Part shown: one piece after another, positions 19,312 through 29,915 of the stretch
How positions within the stretch are numbered: position 1 is the stretch's first letter
How the letters are laid out: each line of letters starts with the position of its first letter
Origin: Minisyncoccota bacterium
Lineage (GTDB): Bacteria; Patescibacteriota; Minisyncoccia; Phycocordibacterales; UBA9973
DNA length: 64,000 bases
Direction of reading: 5' to 3'
NCBI GenBank assembly: GCA_041663185.1
Contig: JBAZQY010000001.1
Span: 233,087-297,086, forward strand
The notes under the pieces: model-generated
What the model was told of the DNA's origin: nothing
Database searches by the model: none
The model's input: the letters and a program-made list of their open reading frames with translations, nothing else
Made by a program: the position numbers and the translations under genes

Positions 19312-20091
19312 TTATTTATTTTTTATTTTTTTATAAATTATTTTAAACAAAAATGGAAAATATTTTTGAATAAAAACAACCAATTTTCCATAACTCGTTA
19401 TGACAACCTCAAATTTTTTATTTTTTATCGCTGACAAGATTAATCGAGCTGCTTTTTCGGGTTTCATTTTTGACAGTCCTAATTTTTTTATAAGATCGTT
19501 GGTGTGATTAAAATTAGTATCCATCGGACCGGGCATAATGTGAGTAACAGAGATGTTATATTTAGAAAGTTCTAACCATAGTGGTCTGGCAAGTCCGCGT
19601 ATAGCAAATTTACTCATTACATAAGCTGATGACCCAGGGGCAAACGAAACATATCCTCCAACGCTACCAATAATACAAATTGAACCTTTTGTTTTTTTAA
19701 TTTCAGGAAGCCCAGCATAAATTGTTCGCAAAACCCCAAAGACATTTGTTTCGAATTGTTTTTTATAATCTTCTAATTTTAAATTTTCAAAATCTCCCGG
19801 TACTCCGAATCCTGCATTAGCTACAATAATATCTATTTTCCCGAAATTTTTAACCCCCTCTAAAACAGCATTCTCTAAGTCTCCATCTTTTGTGACATCT
19901 CCCGAAATAGCCAGACACTTATTGAAATTTTTTGTTAGTTCATTCGCTATTTGAGAACTTAATTCGAATTCTTTATCAAATAAAATAACATTTGCTCCAT
20001 TTCGAGCAAATTCATAAGCTAGTGCTTTTCCAAGACCTGAAGATGTTCCAGTAATCAAAATAACCTCATCTTTGAATAATTTAGACTTCAT
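19312..20091 (-). CDS. short-chain dehydrogenase/reductase (SDR)
   Basis: TGTSSGLGKALA Rossmann motif. Confidence 0.8.
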   Translation of the reverse strand: MKSKLFKDEVILITGTSSGLGKALAYEFARNGANVILFDKEFELSSQIANELTKNFNKCLAISGDVTKDGDLENAVLEGVKNFGKIDIIVANAGFGVPGDFENLKLEDYKKQFETNVFGVLRTIYAGLPEIKKTKGSICIIGSVGGYVSFAPGSSAYVMSKFAIRGLARPLWLELSKYNISVTHIMPGPMDTNFNHTNDLIKKLGLSKMKPEKAARLILSAIKNKKFEVVITSYGKLVVFIQKYFPFLFKIIYKKIKNK

Positions 20092-21101
20092 TATAAAAGA
20101 TTATTTTGTAAATTATCTGGTAAATCAAAACCTAGATGCTCATATCCTTTTTTTGTTACAACCCTTCCACGAGTTGTTCGGTCTAGTAGTCCCAGTTGAA
20201 TTAAGTATGGTTCAATGACTTCCTCAATTGTTGCTTCTTCTTCACTAGTAGCGGCAGCGATCGTTTTTAGGCCAACTGGTCCGCCATTAAATTTTGAAAT
20301 AATAATTTCTAAAATTCGTCGATCAGAAGCCGATAGTCCCAGTTCATCAATTTCAAGAAGGGCCAAGGCTTTTTTGACGGTTTCTTTCGAGAGTGGGGCT
20401 TTATGAACTTGAGCATAATCGCGACAACGTTTGAGGAAATAATTTGCGGTCCGAGGTGTGAAGCGAGCTCGCTTTGAGATTTCGTCCAAGGCTTCATCAC
20501 TTAACTCTACCCCAAGAATCTTTGCCGAGCGAGAAATTATTTTTTTAATTTCATCATGAGTATAAAATTCGAGACGAAAGACTCCACCCGAGAATCTTGA
20601 TCGAAGAGGGGATGAAAGTAGGGCGATGCGTGTAGTTGCTGCTATTAGAGTAAAAGGTGGAAGTTCAAGTTGAATTGTGCGAGCAGATGGACCCTTACCG
20701 ATAATAATATCAAGCACTCCAGATTCCATTGCCGGATAGAGAATCTCCTCAACCATTTTATTTAGTCGGTGAATTTCATCAATGAAGACAATATCTCCGG
20801 GAGAAAGGTTCGTTAGGATTGAAGCCAGATCTCCAACTTTCTCAATCGCCGGGCCTGAAGTTATTTTTATTTGTCTGCGAGTCTCTTTAGCAATCAAATG
20901 TGCCAAGGTTGTTTTACCAAGACCAGGTGGCCCATAAAAAAGTATGTGTTCGGCTGGGTGAGAACGCTCTTCGGCGGCCGTTAATAGTATTTTTAGGTTA
21001 GCTTTTATGTTTTCTTGGCCAATGTATTCTGCCCAGGTGTCAGGACGTAATGTTTGATCCAAAAAGACCTCGTCTTTATTTGTTTTATTTATGCTTGACA
21101 T
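20091..21101 (-). CDS. ruvB: Holliday junction helicase RuvB
   Basis: LFYGPPGLGKTTLA AAA+ motif; typical RuvB length. Confidence 0.95.
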   Translation of the reverse strand: MSSINKTNKDEVFLDQTLRPDTWAEYIGQENIKANLKILLTAAEERSHPAEHILFYGPPGLGKTTLAHLIAKETRRQIKITSGPAIEKVGDLASILTNLSPGDIVFIDEIHRLNKMVEEILYPAMESGVLDIIIGKGPSARTIQLELPPFTLIAATTRIALLSSPLRSRFSGGVFRLEFYTHDEIKKIISRSAKILGVELSDEALDEISKRARFTPRTANYFLKRCRDYAQVHKAPLSKETVKKALALLEIDELGLSASDRRILEIIISKFNGGPVGLKTIAAATSEEEATIEEVIEPYLIQLGLLDRTTRGRVVTKKGYEHLGFDLPDNLQNNLL

Positions 21102-21340
21102 TTTATTTTATATATGATATACTCCCCCTAGTAATAAAGGTTCATCTGATATATAATATTGTTATTATAGCATTTTAATTAAGAGGATATAAATCTCTAA
21201 GCAATCGGCCACGTGCTCTATGTATGTGCGTAGGACGGCTTGGTTATTTTTTAATTTTCTGGGCCCATCCTGTAATCATATATTACTTTGTAAGTGTATG
21301 CTTAGAAAGGATTGTTTAGAGATTTATGTTTTCTTAATAC

Positions 21341-21377
21341 AAAAACCCCAAGACCTTAGGTCTTGGGGTTTTTGTTT
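21341..21377. terminator. terminator after pilB
   Basis: aaaaaccccaagaccttaggtcttggggttttt. Confidence 0.7.
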
Positions 21378-21388
21378 TGATTTGCAAT

Positions 21389-23089
21389 TTATTCTTCTAA
21401 CAGATCAACAGCACTACCGACTTCTTCGAGCGAGGTGATACCTTTTAAGACTTTGACGATACCATCTTCTTTCATATTCAATGTTCCCTGATTGGCTGCA
21501 ATTTTTTTGATTTCGCGTTCGCTAGGATTTTGAGGGATGATTGCTTCAATTTCTGCATCATTATAAATCGCTTCAAATATTCCCATTTGCCCATGGTAAC
21601 CTGTTTTATTACATTTATCACAACCAACTGCTTCGTATAATTTGATTGGAGCATTTACATCAATTCCGTAAGTAGAAAAGTTTTTATTATTTTTCTGACC
21701 CTCAGCTAATATATTTTTTATTATATTTATTTCTTTCTCGATATTAGTTTTTTCTTTTTTACAATCATTACACAATTTCCTGATCAGACGTTGAGCAATA
21801 GAAAGAGAAAGAGCTGAAACTAAAGTTTTTGGATTTACTTCAAGGTCGATCAAACGTGGAATAACTCCGGCCGCATTATTGGTGTGTAAAGTAGAGAAGA
21901 CCAAATGCCCAGTCAGAGCTGACTCGACGGCTGTTTTGGCTGTCTCGGCATCACGTATTTCTCCAACCATGATTACATCTGGGTCTTGGCGGAGAGCGGA
22001 CCGCAATCCTTCCAAGAATGTATAACCCTTTTCATCATCAGTTTGTGTTTGAGATATTCCAGGTAAATGATATTCGATTGGGTCTTCAATTGTAATAATT
22101 TTTATTTCCTCTGAGTAGATTCTTTGTAGGAAAGAGTAAAGAGTTGTCGTCTTACCACTTCCAGTTGGTCCTGTTAGGAGAATAAGTCCGTTTGGTTTTT
22201 TAATTTCATTCATAAAAATCTCAAACAATTTTGGCTCAATACCCATGTCTTCTAGTTTAACCCGGATTGATTTAGGGTTTAAGATTCTCATGACGATTGA
22301 TTCGCCGTAAGCTCCGGGCATAATAGAGACACGAAGGCTGATTTCATTTTGGTCTAAGAAAATACTAAAGCGACCATCTTGAGCAATCGCTGAAGTGGTA
22401 ATTTTTAAGCCAGAAATTAATTTAATTCTAGAATTTATAAATTTGTGAACAAAAGGGGGAAGTTCCATTACTTCATGTAAGACTCCATCAAGACGCAATC
22501 TTAAGCGGACAGTTTTTTCTTCTGGCTCAAAGTGAACATCAGAAGCATTTATAGCGATGGCTCCAGCCAGAACAATTTCAAGAATGTGAGAAGTAGTGTG
22601 AGTGTTATCTTTTTCTGCACCGGCGATAGCATTCTTGATGTCATCCATGTTTTTAATATCTACCATTATATTTTTCAAAGATTCACCAGAAATAGTAACA
22701 ACCCCGAGCTTTGATTCAGAAGCATAAGATATTTCTTTATATCTCTCCCAAGCTTTTTGTAAACTCGCTAGAGAGGCCATATAAAAATGTGGCGTATATC
22801 CATGATCAGTAAAGAAAGTATTTAAACTTTCTAGTTTGTCTGGTTGGGGAGAGCGCACAGCTACGTGAATATTTCGGCCGACTAATTTAAAGGGAGCAAT
22901 TTCCAAAGAGATTGCATCTTTTTCGGGGATAGAACGGAGGGCATTATTATCAATTATGACCCCAGCCAGGTTGACCGAGGGTATTCCATATTTAGATTCT
23001 GCTAAGGCTTGCACCAATTCTTCCTCTTCCTGTCTTCTTAGGTCAGCTAGATTTTTTTTCTGCTTATCATCATCAAATGTAATAGTCAT
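21389..23089 (-). CDS. pilB: type IV pilus/type II secretion assembly ATPase (PilB/GspE family)
   Basis: Walker A LLTGPTGSGKTTT; C-terminal tetracysteine CDKCNKTGYHG. Confidence 0.9.
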   Translation of the reverse strand: MTITFDDDKQKKNLADLRRQEEEELVQALAESKYGIPSVNLAGVIIDNNALRSIPEKDAISLEIAPFKLVGRNIHVAVRSPQPDKLESLNTFFTDHGYTPHFYMASLASLQKAWERYKEISYASESKLGVVTISGESLKNIMVDIKNMDDIKNAIAGAEKDNTHTTSHILEIVLAGAIAINASDVHFEPEEKTVRLRLRLDGVLHEVMELPPFVHKFINSRIKLISGLKITTSAIAQDGRFSIFLDQNEISLRVSIMPGAYGESIVMRILNPKSIRVKLEDMGIEPKLFEIFMNEIKKPNGLILLTGPTGSGKTTTLYSFLQRIYSEEIKIITIEDPIEYHLPGISQTQTDDEKGYTFLEGLRSALRQDPDVIMVGEIRDAETAKTAVESALTGHLVFSTLHTNNAAGVIPRLIDLEVNPKTLVSALSLSIAQRLIRKLCNDCKKEKTNIEKEINIIKNILAEGQKNNKNFSTYGIDVNAPIKLYEAVGCDKCNKTGYHGQMGIFEAIYNDAEIEAIIPQNPSEREIKKIAANQGTLNMKEDGIVKVLKGITSLEEVGSAVDLLEE

Positions 23090-23253
23090 ATTGCCTTATT
23101 ATATCGTATTAAGAGGGCAAAGTAGATACTTGACATTTATTGCCCAACGTGATACCATGCAGTTAAATGTCCGATTTCTAGTATTGTTATATTTTTCCCT
23201 CATTATTGAGAGATTTTTAGGGGACGAATATAACAATACTAAAAATCTATGAA

Positions 23254-25233
23254 ATGAAAACAAAAATGATTATTTGGTCTGTGATCTTATTATTAGGATT
23301 GCAGGCGTTTCGTCCGCCTGAAACTGAAAGTTCCCAAAAGACTGAAAGTTATCAGAGGTGGGTGTATTTTTACAAAAATGATACAACCACCGAGTACCTG
23401 AGTTCATATGTTATGAGCTTACAAGAATTAGCCGATATTGTTAATTCACTCGAAAGTTTTGATGGATCAACTAAGTATCAGTTAAATTCCGGAATCTACT
23501 TCGTGATTCCTAATCCCAAGTTATACTATACTTATCTTCGCTTATGCATTATTAAAGCTGATCCCTCTGTCTCAACGACAGATGATATGGTCAATGCTAT
23601 TTTGGGGGGAGAGAAAGTACGATGGGGGAATGATATTCCATATAAGGTTAAGAACTATTGGTTCTCGACTTCAAAGAATGAGGTAACTTTCTATGGGAAT
23701 TTTTCAGGAGCAGAGAAGGGTATTTGGATACTCCTAATCAATGGATTTCCCACCGTCAAATTAGATTGCGGGAACCCACTTGAAGTATATGGAGATGGTT
23801 ATGTCCCAACCTATACTGACGCCGTTAAATTCCCAGACTCGGTAATTACCACCACTGTCAATGGGGAAACAACAACTAAGACCATATTTGTAGTAATATG
23901 TCTTGAAAAAGGTGAATGTATTCCACCCCAGCAAGTGGTTTACTGCGAAAGGCTGTGCTATAACTGCCCTCCGACGTATTCATATGATTGGTGTTTCAAT
24001 CCGATTCCTTTTTTGCTGCCGTTTTTTATTCCAATGGGTGGATACGGCAATAATACCCGCTTTTGTAATAGCGGTGGGAATGTTATTGATAATAGTAATT
24101 ATACTTACATTGACAATAGTTATACTGACAATAGTTATTATAATTATGAAGATAATGATGTAGTCATCAATAATCCTCCAGTAAAACCCCCTGATCCTCC
24201 TGATGATGGATCAGGGATTGATCCACAGGATGGTGCAGGAATTGATCCACAAGGAGATGAAGGAAAAAAGGCAGGAGTAGGAGGCCAAAGTAAAAGCTTG
24301 AATGAAAATCAAGCAACAGCCAAGACAACAACTCAACCGAAACAACCCACAAATGAAGTTACCACAAAAAAGATGGCTCCACAAACAACTACAGGAGGAG
24401 ACCTTGCTAGGGTGGACCAAACAGCAAAAACTAAAACTGTCGTTCCCTCGACGAAATCAAATTCAAACGGAGGAAGCCTTGCAAGAGTGGAAGAGACAGT
24501 AAAGACCAAAACTGTTGTCCCCTCAGCAAAGTCAAATTCGAATGGAGGAAGTTCTACTAAAGTACCGGAAACGAAAACAAACGGATCTGCTACACGCCAG
24601 GAAATAGTACCCTCACAAAAACAAGTTAAGCCTGGCAGTGAGCTTACTAGGGTAGAATCAGCAACAGGTGGATCTGCTCGTAAAGGTGAAACTACGGTAT
24701 CACCTACTACACGGCAAGTTCCTGTGACGAAACCAATCGTAAAAAATCCATCTTCCAAGGTGGCCGAATCGGTTGCAAGCGCAAGGCCGACGAGTGAAGG
24801 AGGTAGTGCAACACGTAAAGTTTATACACAACCATCACCAAATCCATCGACCCAGGCAAGTCAGCGGAGTAGTAATCAAAATTATTCTCAGCCGTCTAAT
24901 AGTAGGGAGAGTTATTCTTCCCCAAACAGGAAGCCCTCTCAGAGTTACACTGGTGGTAGCGCAAATCATTCGGGTAGTACAAGTTATTCTGCCCCCAGTA
25001 AGAAGCCCTCTCAGAGTTACACTGGCGGAAAACAGACAAATCCATCAACCAGTCCAAGCAGGAGTTACTCTAAGCCCCCAAGCCGAAGTTATACTTCAGG
25101 ATCATCTGGTGGTGGAAAATCTCGCTATAATAGCGGAACCCCTAATGGTGGGTACTCTGGAGGTGGAGCACAGCGCTCAGGCGGAGCTCCGTCTATGAGT
25201 GGAAGAAGTTCTGGTGGATCAAGACCCCATTAA
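23254..25233 (+). CDS. secreted protein with Cys-rich folded N-terminal part and long Ser/Thr/Pro/Gly-rich disordered tail
   Basis: signal peptide; internal repeats KTKTVVPS.KSNSNGGS and PS.KPSQSYTGG. Confidence 0.6.
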   Translation: MKTKMIIWSVILLLGLQAFRPPETESSQKTESYQRWVYFYKNDTTTEYLSSYVMSLQELADIVNSLESFDGSTKYQLNSGIYFVIPNPKLYYTYLRLCIIKADPSVSTTDDMVNAILGGEKVRWGNDIPYKVKNYWFSTSKNEVTFYGNFSGAEKGIWILLINGFPTVKLDCGNPLEVYGDGYVPTYTDAVKFPDSVITTTVNGETTTKTIFVVICLEKGECIPPQQVVYCERLCYNCPPTYSYDWCFNPIPFLLPFFIPMGGYGNNTRFCNSGGNVIDNSNYTYIDNSYTDNSYYNYEDNDVVINNPPVKPPDPPDDGSGIDPQDGAGIDPQGDEGKKAGVGGQSKSLNENQATAKTTTQPKQPTNEVTTKKMAPQTTTGGDLARVDQTAKTKTVVPSTKSNSNGGSLARVEETVKTKTVVPSAKSNSNGGSSTKVPETKTNGSATRQEIVPSQKQVKPGSELTRVESATGGSARKGETTVSPTTRQVPVTKPIVKNPSSKVAESVASARPTSEGGSATRKVYTQPSPNPSTQASQRSSNQNYSQPSNSRESYSSPNRKPSQSYTGGSANHSGSTSYSAPSKKPSQSYTGGKQTNPSTSPSRSYSKPPSRSYTSGSSGGGKSRYNSGTPNGGYSGGGAQRSGGAPSMSGRSSGGSRPH

Positions 25234-25391
25234 AGCTAAAAATTGTTCTTTATAAACTCAAGGAGGGATGAAAAACTATCATAAAGATAGCCATCCCTTA
25301 CTTTCTTAAGTCTTTAACATAAAAATGTTGAAGGTTTAAGATTGTAAATTTAATATTTTTTAAGTCGAGTGCAATTATAATTTATCCGCCT

Positions 25392-28300
25392 TTGCAATTA
25401 GCTATGGCGAGACAAAGAATGAAAAATAATATGAAAAAATTAATAGTTGGTTTATTTGCTTTTGTTCTACTTTTAGTAGGTCAGAGTGTTTTTGCGGCAC
25501 CATTGTCGTATGTCACTTGGAATACGAGCCCTGATGATTGTCCAGATATAAATATAAAAAACGGTAATGTTGGTGGTGGCAATCCATGTTGGACGGGAGT
25601 AAATATAACTGCTGTTCCTGGGAATAATATTGATGTTAAGGTTTACTACCACAACACTGGAGACATGACAGCTACAAATACTCGCATTAAAGTTATTCCT
25701 TCTCCGAGCGTTGGTCAATCAGACACAGTCCACTCTTTCATTGGGAAAATACTTTCTAATCAAGCAAACCACACATCAAATGGTGATGTGACGGTTACAA
25801 TATCTTCATCACAGTCATTATCTTTTGTTTCAACAACTTGGTGGACAAAACCCGACCCAGATGAAAATTATCTTGAAGCAACTCCATTACTTTCTGGTCA
25901 AGATGGTTCTGAAGTTCTCGAATCAAATGGTTTATATATTGGTGATATCGCCCCAGGTTGGGGAACTCAAGGAGCCGTCACTGTTCGCTTTCATGTGAAC
26001 AATGTTGCACCACCAACTTGCGAGATAAATAATTTTGAAGCCAATCCTGATACTGTACCTCCCGGACAGCTTTCAGAGCTTTCTTGGAATACAACCAACT
26101 GTGCTTACTCGAAAATTTTTGTTAATGGAAATCAAATCGGAGGCACTCACTACGGCTCATCCGGTAGTTATAATGTTTGGCCAAATGATACAACCGAGTA
26201 CACTCTCAAGGCCTATAAATCAAATGGTACAGTTGGAGATACACAAACAACGACTGTCACTGTAAATGCTCCACCCGAGAATTGTTCAATTGATTATTTC
26301 AAAGCCAATCCAACTCATATAGTTCTTGGTGGATCTTCAACGTTGTCATGGGATACAACTAATTGTGAGACAACCAAACTTTCTGTGGGAACTGGACTCA
26401 AATCTCTCGGTGTTTATGGTTCATCTGGATCAAAAACAGTTTCCCCAATAATGACAACTACTTATACTCTCAAAGCTTATAGTGCCAACGGGACTCTCGG
26501 TGAGACTAAAACTGCAAAGGTTACAATCACTACAACTACACCTGAATGTTCAATCATAGATTTCGATGCAACCCCGAATCATATTGATGAAGGAGATTCT
26601 TCTACGCTCGACTGGACTGTCAGTAATTGTGCCTACACAAAATTATTTAAAAATAATTCCCCAATTGGCGGTCCTTATTATGGAACAACTGGTTCTAAGA
26701 GTGTCTCACCAGAGGATACGACAACCTACACACTAAAAGCATATAAACAAAACGGAACTGTTGGAGCTATGGCAACGGCGATTGTTAATGTGAATACTAC
26801 AATTACCCCAACTTGTTCTATTACTGACTTTACAGCTAGCCCGACAACAATTGATCCGGGTGAGTCTTCTATCCTTGAGTGGGATACAACGGGTTGTCAG
26901 ACAACCAAACTTTTCATCGGTTATACCCAGATTGGACAATATGGTGCATCTGGTTCGAAAACAGTTTCACCAGAACATCAAACTACGTACACACTCAAAG
27001 CTTATATCGGGCAAGTTGAAAAAGCGTCAAGTTCTGTGACGGTTAGTATCAGTACACAAGATTGTCAAATAGCATTTTTCTACGCTGTTCCAACAACTAT
27101 CACAAATGGAGAATCTTCGGTTTTAAATTGGAATACAAGTGATTGTTACAACACCAAACTTTTCATCGGCTATACCCAGATTGGAACTTTTGAACCATCT
27201 GACGCTTTGACTGTTTGGCCCGATCACTTAACTACATATACACTCAAAGCCTACAATTTAAATGGAACTGTGGGAGACACAGCCCAAGCAACTATTGAAG
27301 TAGAAGCTCTACCAGCTTGTTCTATAAGTAATTTTACAGCTAGTCCGACATCAATTGACGAAGGGGATTCCTCAATGCTTACGTGGAATACCAGTGGTTG
27401 TGAAAGTGTAGTCATATCAAATCTTGATTACGGTGTTCCTGTTTCAGGGTCACAAACTGTTTGGCCAGAAGACACGACAACGTATGTATTAACAGCGACC
27501 GGACAAGGTGGTGATGTCCACACTAGATCGGTAACTGTCTATGTTGATACCAATAATTCTAATTGTTCCATCTCGTCTTTCTACGCAGTTCCTTCATCTA
27601 TCGAAGAAGGAGAATCTTCAAAATTATATTGGACGACAAATGGTTGTACAAATGTAAACATTGAAGGAATTGGCCAAGTTTCAACAAATGGTTCCCGAAC
27701 TGTTTGGCCAACATATACTCGAACATATATTCTAAACGCTGAAGATAACAATGGTAATGGAGTTAGTGGCCAAACAACTATTTATGTAGATGAAGAAAAT
27801 AATAATAATTGTGAGATTAATAATTTTGACGCAAGTGATACAAGTATAGAAGATGGTGATGAGGTAACTCTCGAATGGAACACCAGTAATTGTGACTATG
27901 TAAAAATTACAGATCTTGGAAATGTTCCAGACGATGGAGAAGAAGATGTTTCTCCAGATGAAGATACTACTTATGTCTTAACCGCCTATGATTTTGACGG
28001 ATCACATCAGACCGAATCGATTAGAATTTATGTTGATGAAGATGGTAATAATAATGGAGATGAATGTACGGTTGATAGTTTCACTGCATCCGATACATAT
28101 ATAGATCGTGGGGATGAAGTAACTCTCAGATGGAGAACAACAGATTGTGATGATGTTAGTATTACTAATGTCGGAGATGTTTCTGATGATGGAAGTGAAG
28201 ATGTTTCTCCTTATCAAACCACAACTTATATTCTACGAGCTTATGGAGATGGAAGTGATTCTAAATCTATTCGGATTAATGTAAATAATTACAATGATGA

Positions 28301-29198
28301 TCAAAACTATAATACAAATGTAGTAACAACTGTTGCGACAAATATTTCTCAGACGGGAGCTCAATTAAATGGACTTATTACCGGTTCAAATTTTAGTGGG
28401 GGAAGTACATACTTCGAATATTGGACAAGTGTCAATATGGGAATGCGAACAATTTCTAGAGCAACAAACGGGAATAATACTTTTAGTGAGTATGTTACCA
28501 ATCTAAACTCTGGAACTGTTTATTATTTCCGTGCAGTTTCTGAAGGATCATACGGAATTTCTTATGGATCCATCGAAATATTCCAAACTCTTAGATACCA
28601 AAATAATAATACTCAAATCATAAGACAGGTAATTCAAGGACCAACAATTGCTGGCTCCGAATCTCCAATAATGCTTCAGATTGAGAATCGTTATCAGACG
28701 ATTAGTGTTGGAGATACGGTTGAATACACTGTTTTCTATAAAAATATTAGTAGCTCTCGATTAACTAATCCGATGGTTCAAGTCTTTTTCCCAGAAGGAA
28801 TTGAATTCGTAAGTTCTTCTCGTGGAACATATTCTAATGGAGATAAAACTCTGTCAGTACCGATTGAAGATTTGAGGCCCGATGATGAAGGAACCATCTA
28901 TATAGAAGCAGTTGTCGAATCCTTAGATCGTAATATGGCTCAGATTGTCACAACCGCTGTGTTGATCTACACCAATCCAAATGGGGCACAAGAAAATGCT
29001 ATGGCCTATGTTCTAAATAGTCCAAGGGGTAATGTTCTAGGTGCTTCTGCTTTCTTTGGAAAAATATTTGGAATGGGCTTGATTGGTTGGTTGTTACTCA
29101 TAATTATAATCTTGTTACTAGTTCTTATTGCAAGATCTTATTATGGGCGTCGCAACTTACTTGTCTCACCATTTCATGCTGAGAAAAATCATCTATAA
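25392..29198 (+). CDS. giant cell-surface protein with about 12 tandem roughly 85-aa repeat domains and a C-terminal TM anchor
   Basis: repeat consensus C.I..F.A.P..I..G.SS.L.W.T..C ... TTYTLKAY..NGT; C-terminal LIGWLLLIIIILLLVLIARSYYGRR. Confidence 0.8.
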   Translation: MQLAMARQRMKNNMKKLIVGLFAFVLLLVGQSVFAAPLSYVTWNTSPDDCPDINIKNGNVGGGNPCWTGVNITAVPGNNIDVKVYYHNTGDMTATNTRIKVIPSPSVGQSDTVHSFIGKILSNQANHTSNGDVTVTISSSQSLSFVSTTWWTKPDPDENYLEATPLLSGQDGSEVLESNGLYIGDIAPGWGTQGAVTVRFHVNNVAPPTCEINNFEANPDTVPPGQLSELSWNTTNCAYSKIFVNGNQIGGTHYGSSGSYNVWPNDTTEYTLKAYKSNGTVGDTQTTTVTVNAPPENCSIDYFKANPTHIVLGGSSTLSWDTTNCETTKLSVGTGLKSLGVYGSSGSKTVSPIMTTTYTLKAYSANGTLGETKTAKVTITTTTPECSIIDFDATPNHIDEGDSSTLDWTVSNCAYTKLFKNNSPIGGPYYGTTGSKSVSPEDTTTYTLKAYKQNGTVGAMATAIVNVNTTITPTCSITDFTASPTTIDPGESSILEWDTTGCQTTKLFIGYTQIGQYGASGSKTVSPEHQTTYTLKAYIGQVEKASSSVTVSISTQDCQIAFFYAVPTTITNGESSVLNWNTSDCYNTKLFIGYTQIGTFEPSDALTVWPDHLTTYTLKAYNLNGTVGDTAQATIEVEALPACSISNFTASPTSIDEGDSSMLTWNTSGCESVVISNLDYGVPVSGSQTVWPEDTTTYVLTATGQGGDVHTRSVTVYVDTNNSNCSISSFYAVPSSIEEGESSKLYWTTNGCTNVNIEGIGQVSTNGSRTVWPTYTRTYILNAEDNNGNGVSGQTTIYVDEENNNNCEINNFDASDTSIEDGDEVTLEWNTSNCDYVKITDLGNVPDDGEEDVSPDEDTTYVLTAYDFDGSHQTESIRIYVDEDGNNNGDECTVDSFTASDTYIDRGDEVTLRWRTTDCDDVSITNVGDVSDDGSEDVSPYQTTTYILRAYGDGSDSKSIRINVNNYNDDQNYNTNVVTTVATNISQTGAQLNGLITGSNFSGGSTYFEYWTSVNMGMRTISRATNGNNTFSEYVTNLNSGTVYYFRAVSEGSYGISYGSIEIFQTLRYQNNNTQIIRQVIQGPTIAGSESPIMLQIENRYQTISVGDTVEYTVFYKNISSSRLTNPMVQVFFPEGIEFVSSSRGTYSNGDKTLSVPIEDLRPDDEGTIYIEAVVESLDRNMAQIVTTAVLIYTNPNGAQENAMAYVLNSPRGNVLGASAFFGKIFGMGLIGWLLLIIIILLLVLIARSYYGRRNLLVSPFHAEKNHL

Positions 29199-29253
29199 TC
29201 TAAATTAATCTTACACATACCCCGACAAGTCGGGGTATGTTAGTATATAAGGG

Positions 29254-29703
29254 ATGAAAAAAACAAAATTTAAGAAAAACGAAATATCAAAAATCTCCAA
29301 AAAGTTAACCAGTAAAATTTTGAAAATGAAAAATAAAAAGGCTCGGGTTGTCGCTTTCTCTGGAGACCTTGGTGCTGGGAAAACAACTCTTACTCAAGAA
29401 CTTGCCAGGGAATTTGGGATTAAAGACACAGTTATTTCTCCGACTTTTGTGATTATGAAAGCATATGATATTCATCCGAGCTCTCTATACTACGAGCACT
29501 TTAAAAGATTGGTGCACATAGATGCTTATCGTCTCGATTCGCATTTAGAGTTATTCAAAATCGGTTGGACTGAAATTCAAAATGATAAAGATAATCTAAT
29601 TATCATCGAGTGGCCGGAGAAAGTGAAGAAATGTCTAGAAAATGATGCCCTGTGGGTCAAACTAGACCATATAGACGATGAAACTAGGGGGCTGAAATAT
29701 TAA
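29254..29703 (+). CDS. tsaE: tRNA threonylcarbamoyladenosine biosynthesis protein TsaE
   Basis: GDLGAGKTTL ... SPTF ... IDAYRL. Confidence 0.75.
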   Translation: MKKTKFKKNEISKISKKLTSKILKMKNKKARVVAFSGDLGAGKTTLTQELAREFGIKDTVISPTFVIMKAYDIHPSSLYYEHFKRLVHIDAYRLDSHLELFKIGWTEIQNDKDNLIIIEWPEKVKKCLENDALWVKLDHIDDETRGLKY

Positions 29704-29731
29704 AATAACCTTGCAAAACAAGGTTATTTTT
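29704..29731 (+). terminator. terminator
   Basis: aataaccttgcaaaacaaggttattttt. Confidence 0.65.
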
Positions 29732-29915
29732 CTAAAATAGGGCTAAAACACTTGACTTTTACCTCCTAATATGCTATACTATAAGAGTAAATGGTTCTTT
29801 GAAAATTTCATGGGTTTGATTGTTTAGATTTATTTTATTAACTTTTCTTTATACCTTGAAGGGTTTAGGGAAAAGTTAATAATCTAAATTAAGAAACATT
29901 TAAAAATCAACAATC

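Noticed and set aside
24167-25198. Several 60-141-aa ORFs on both strands inside the 23254-25233 gene
   Set aside because: They sit within a GC- and repeat-rich low-complexity coding region, so they are shadow ORFs of the long secreted-protein gene.
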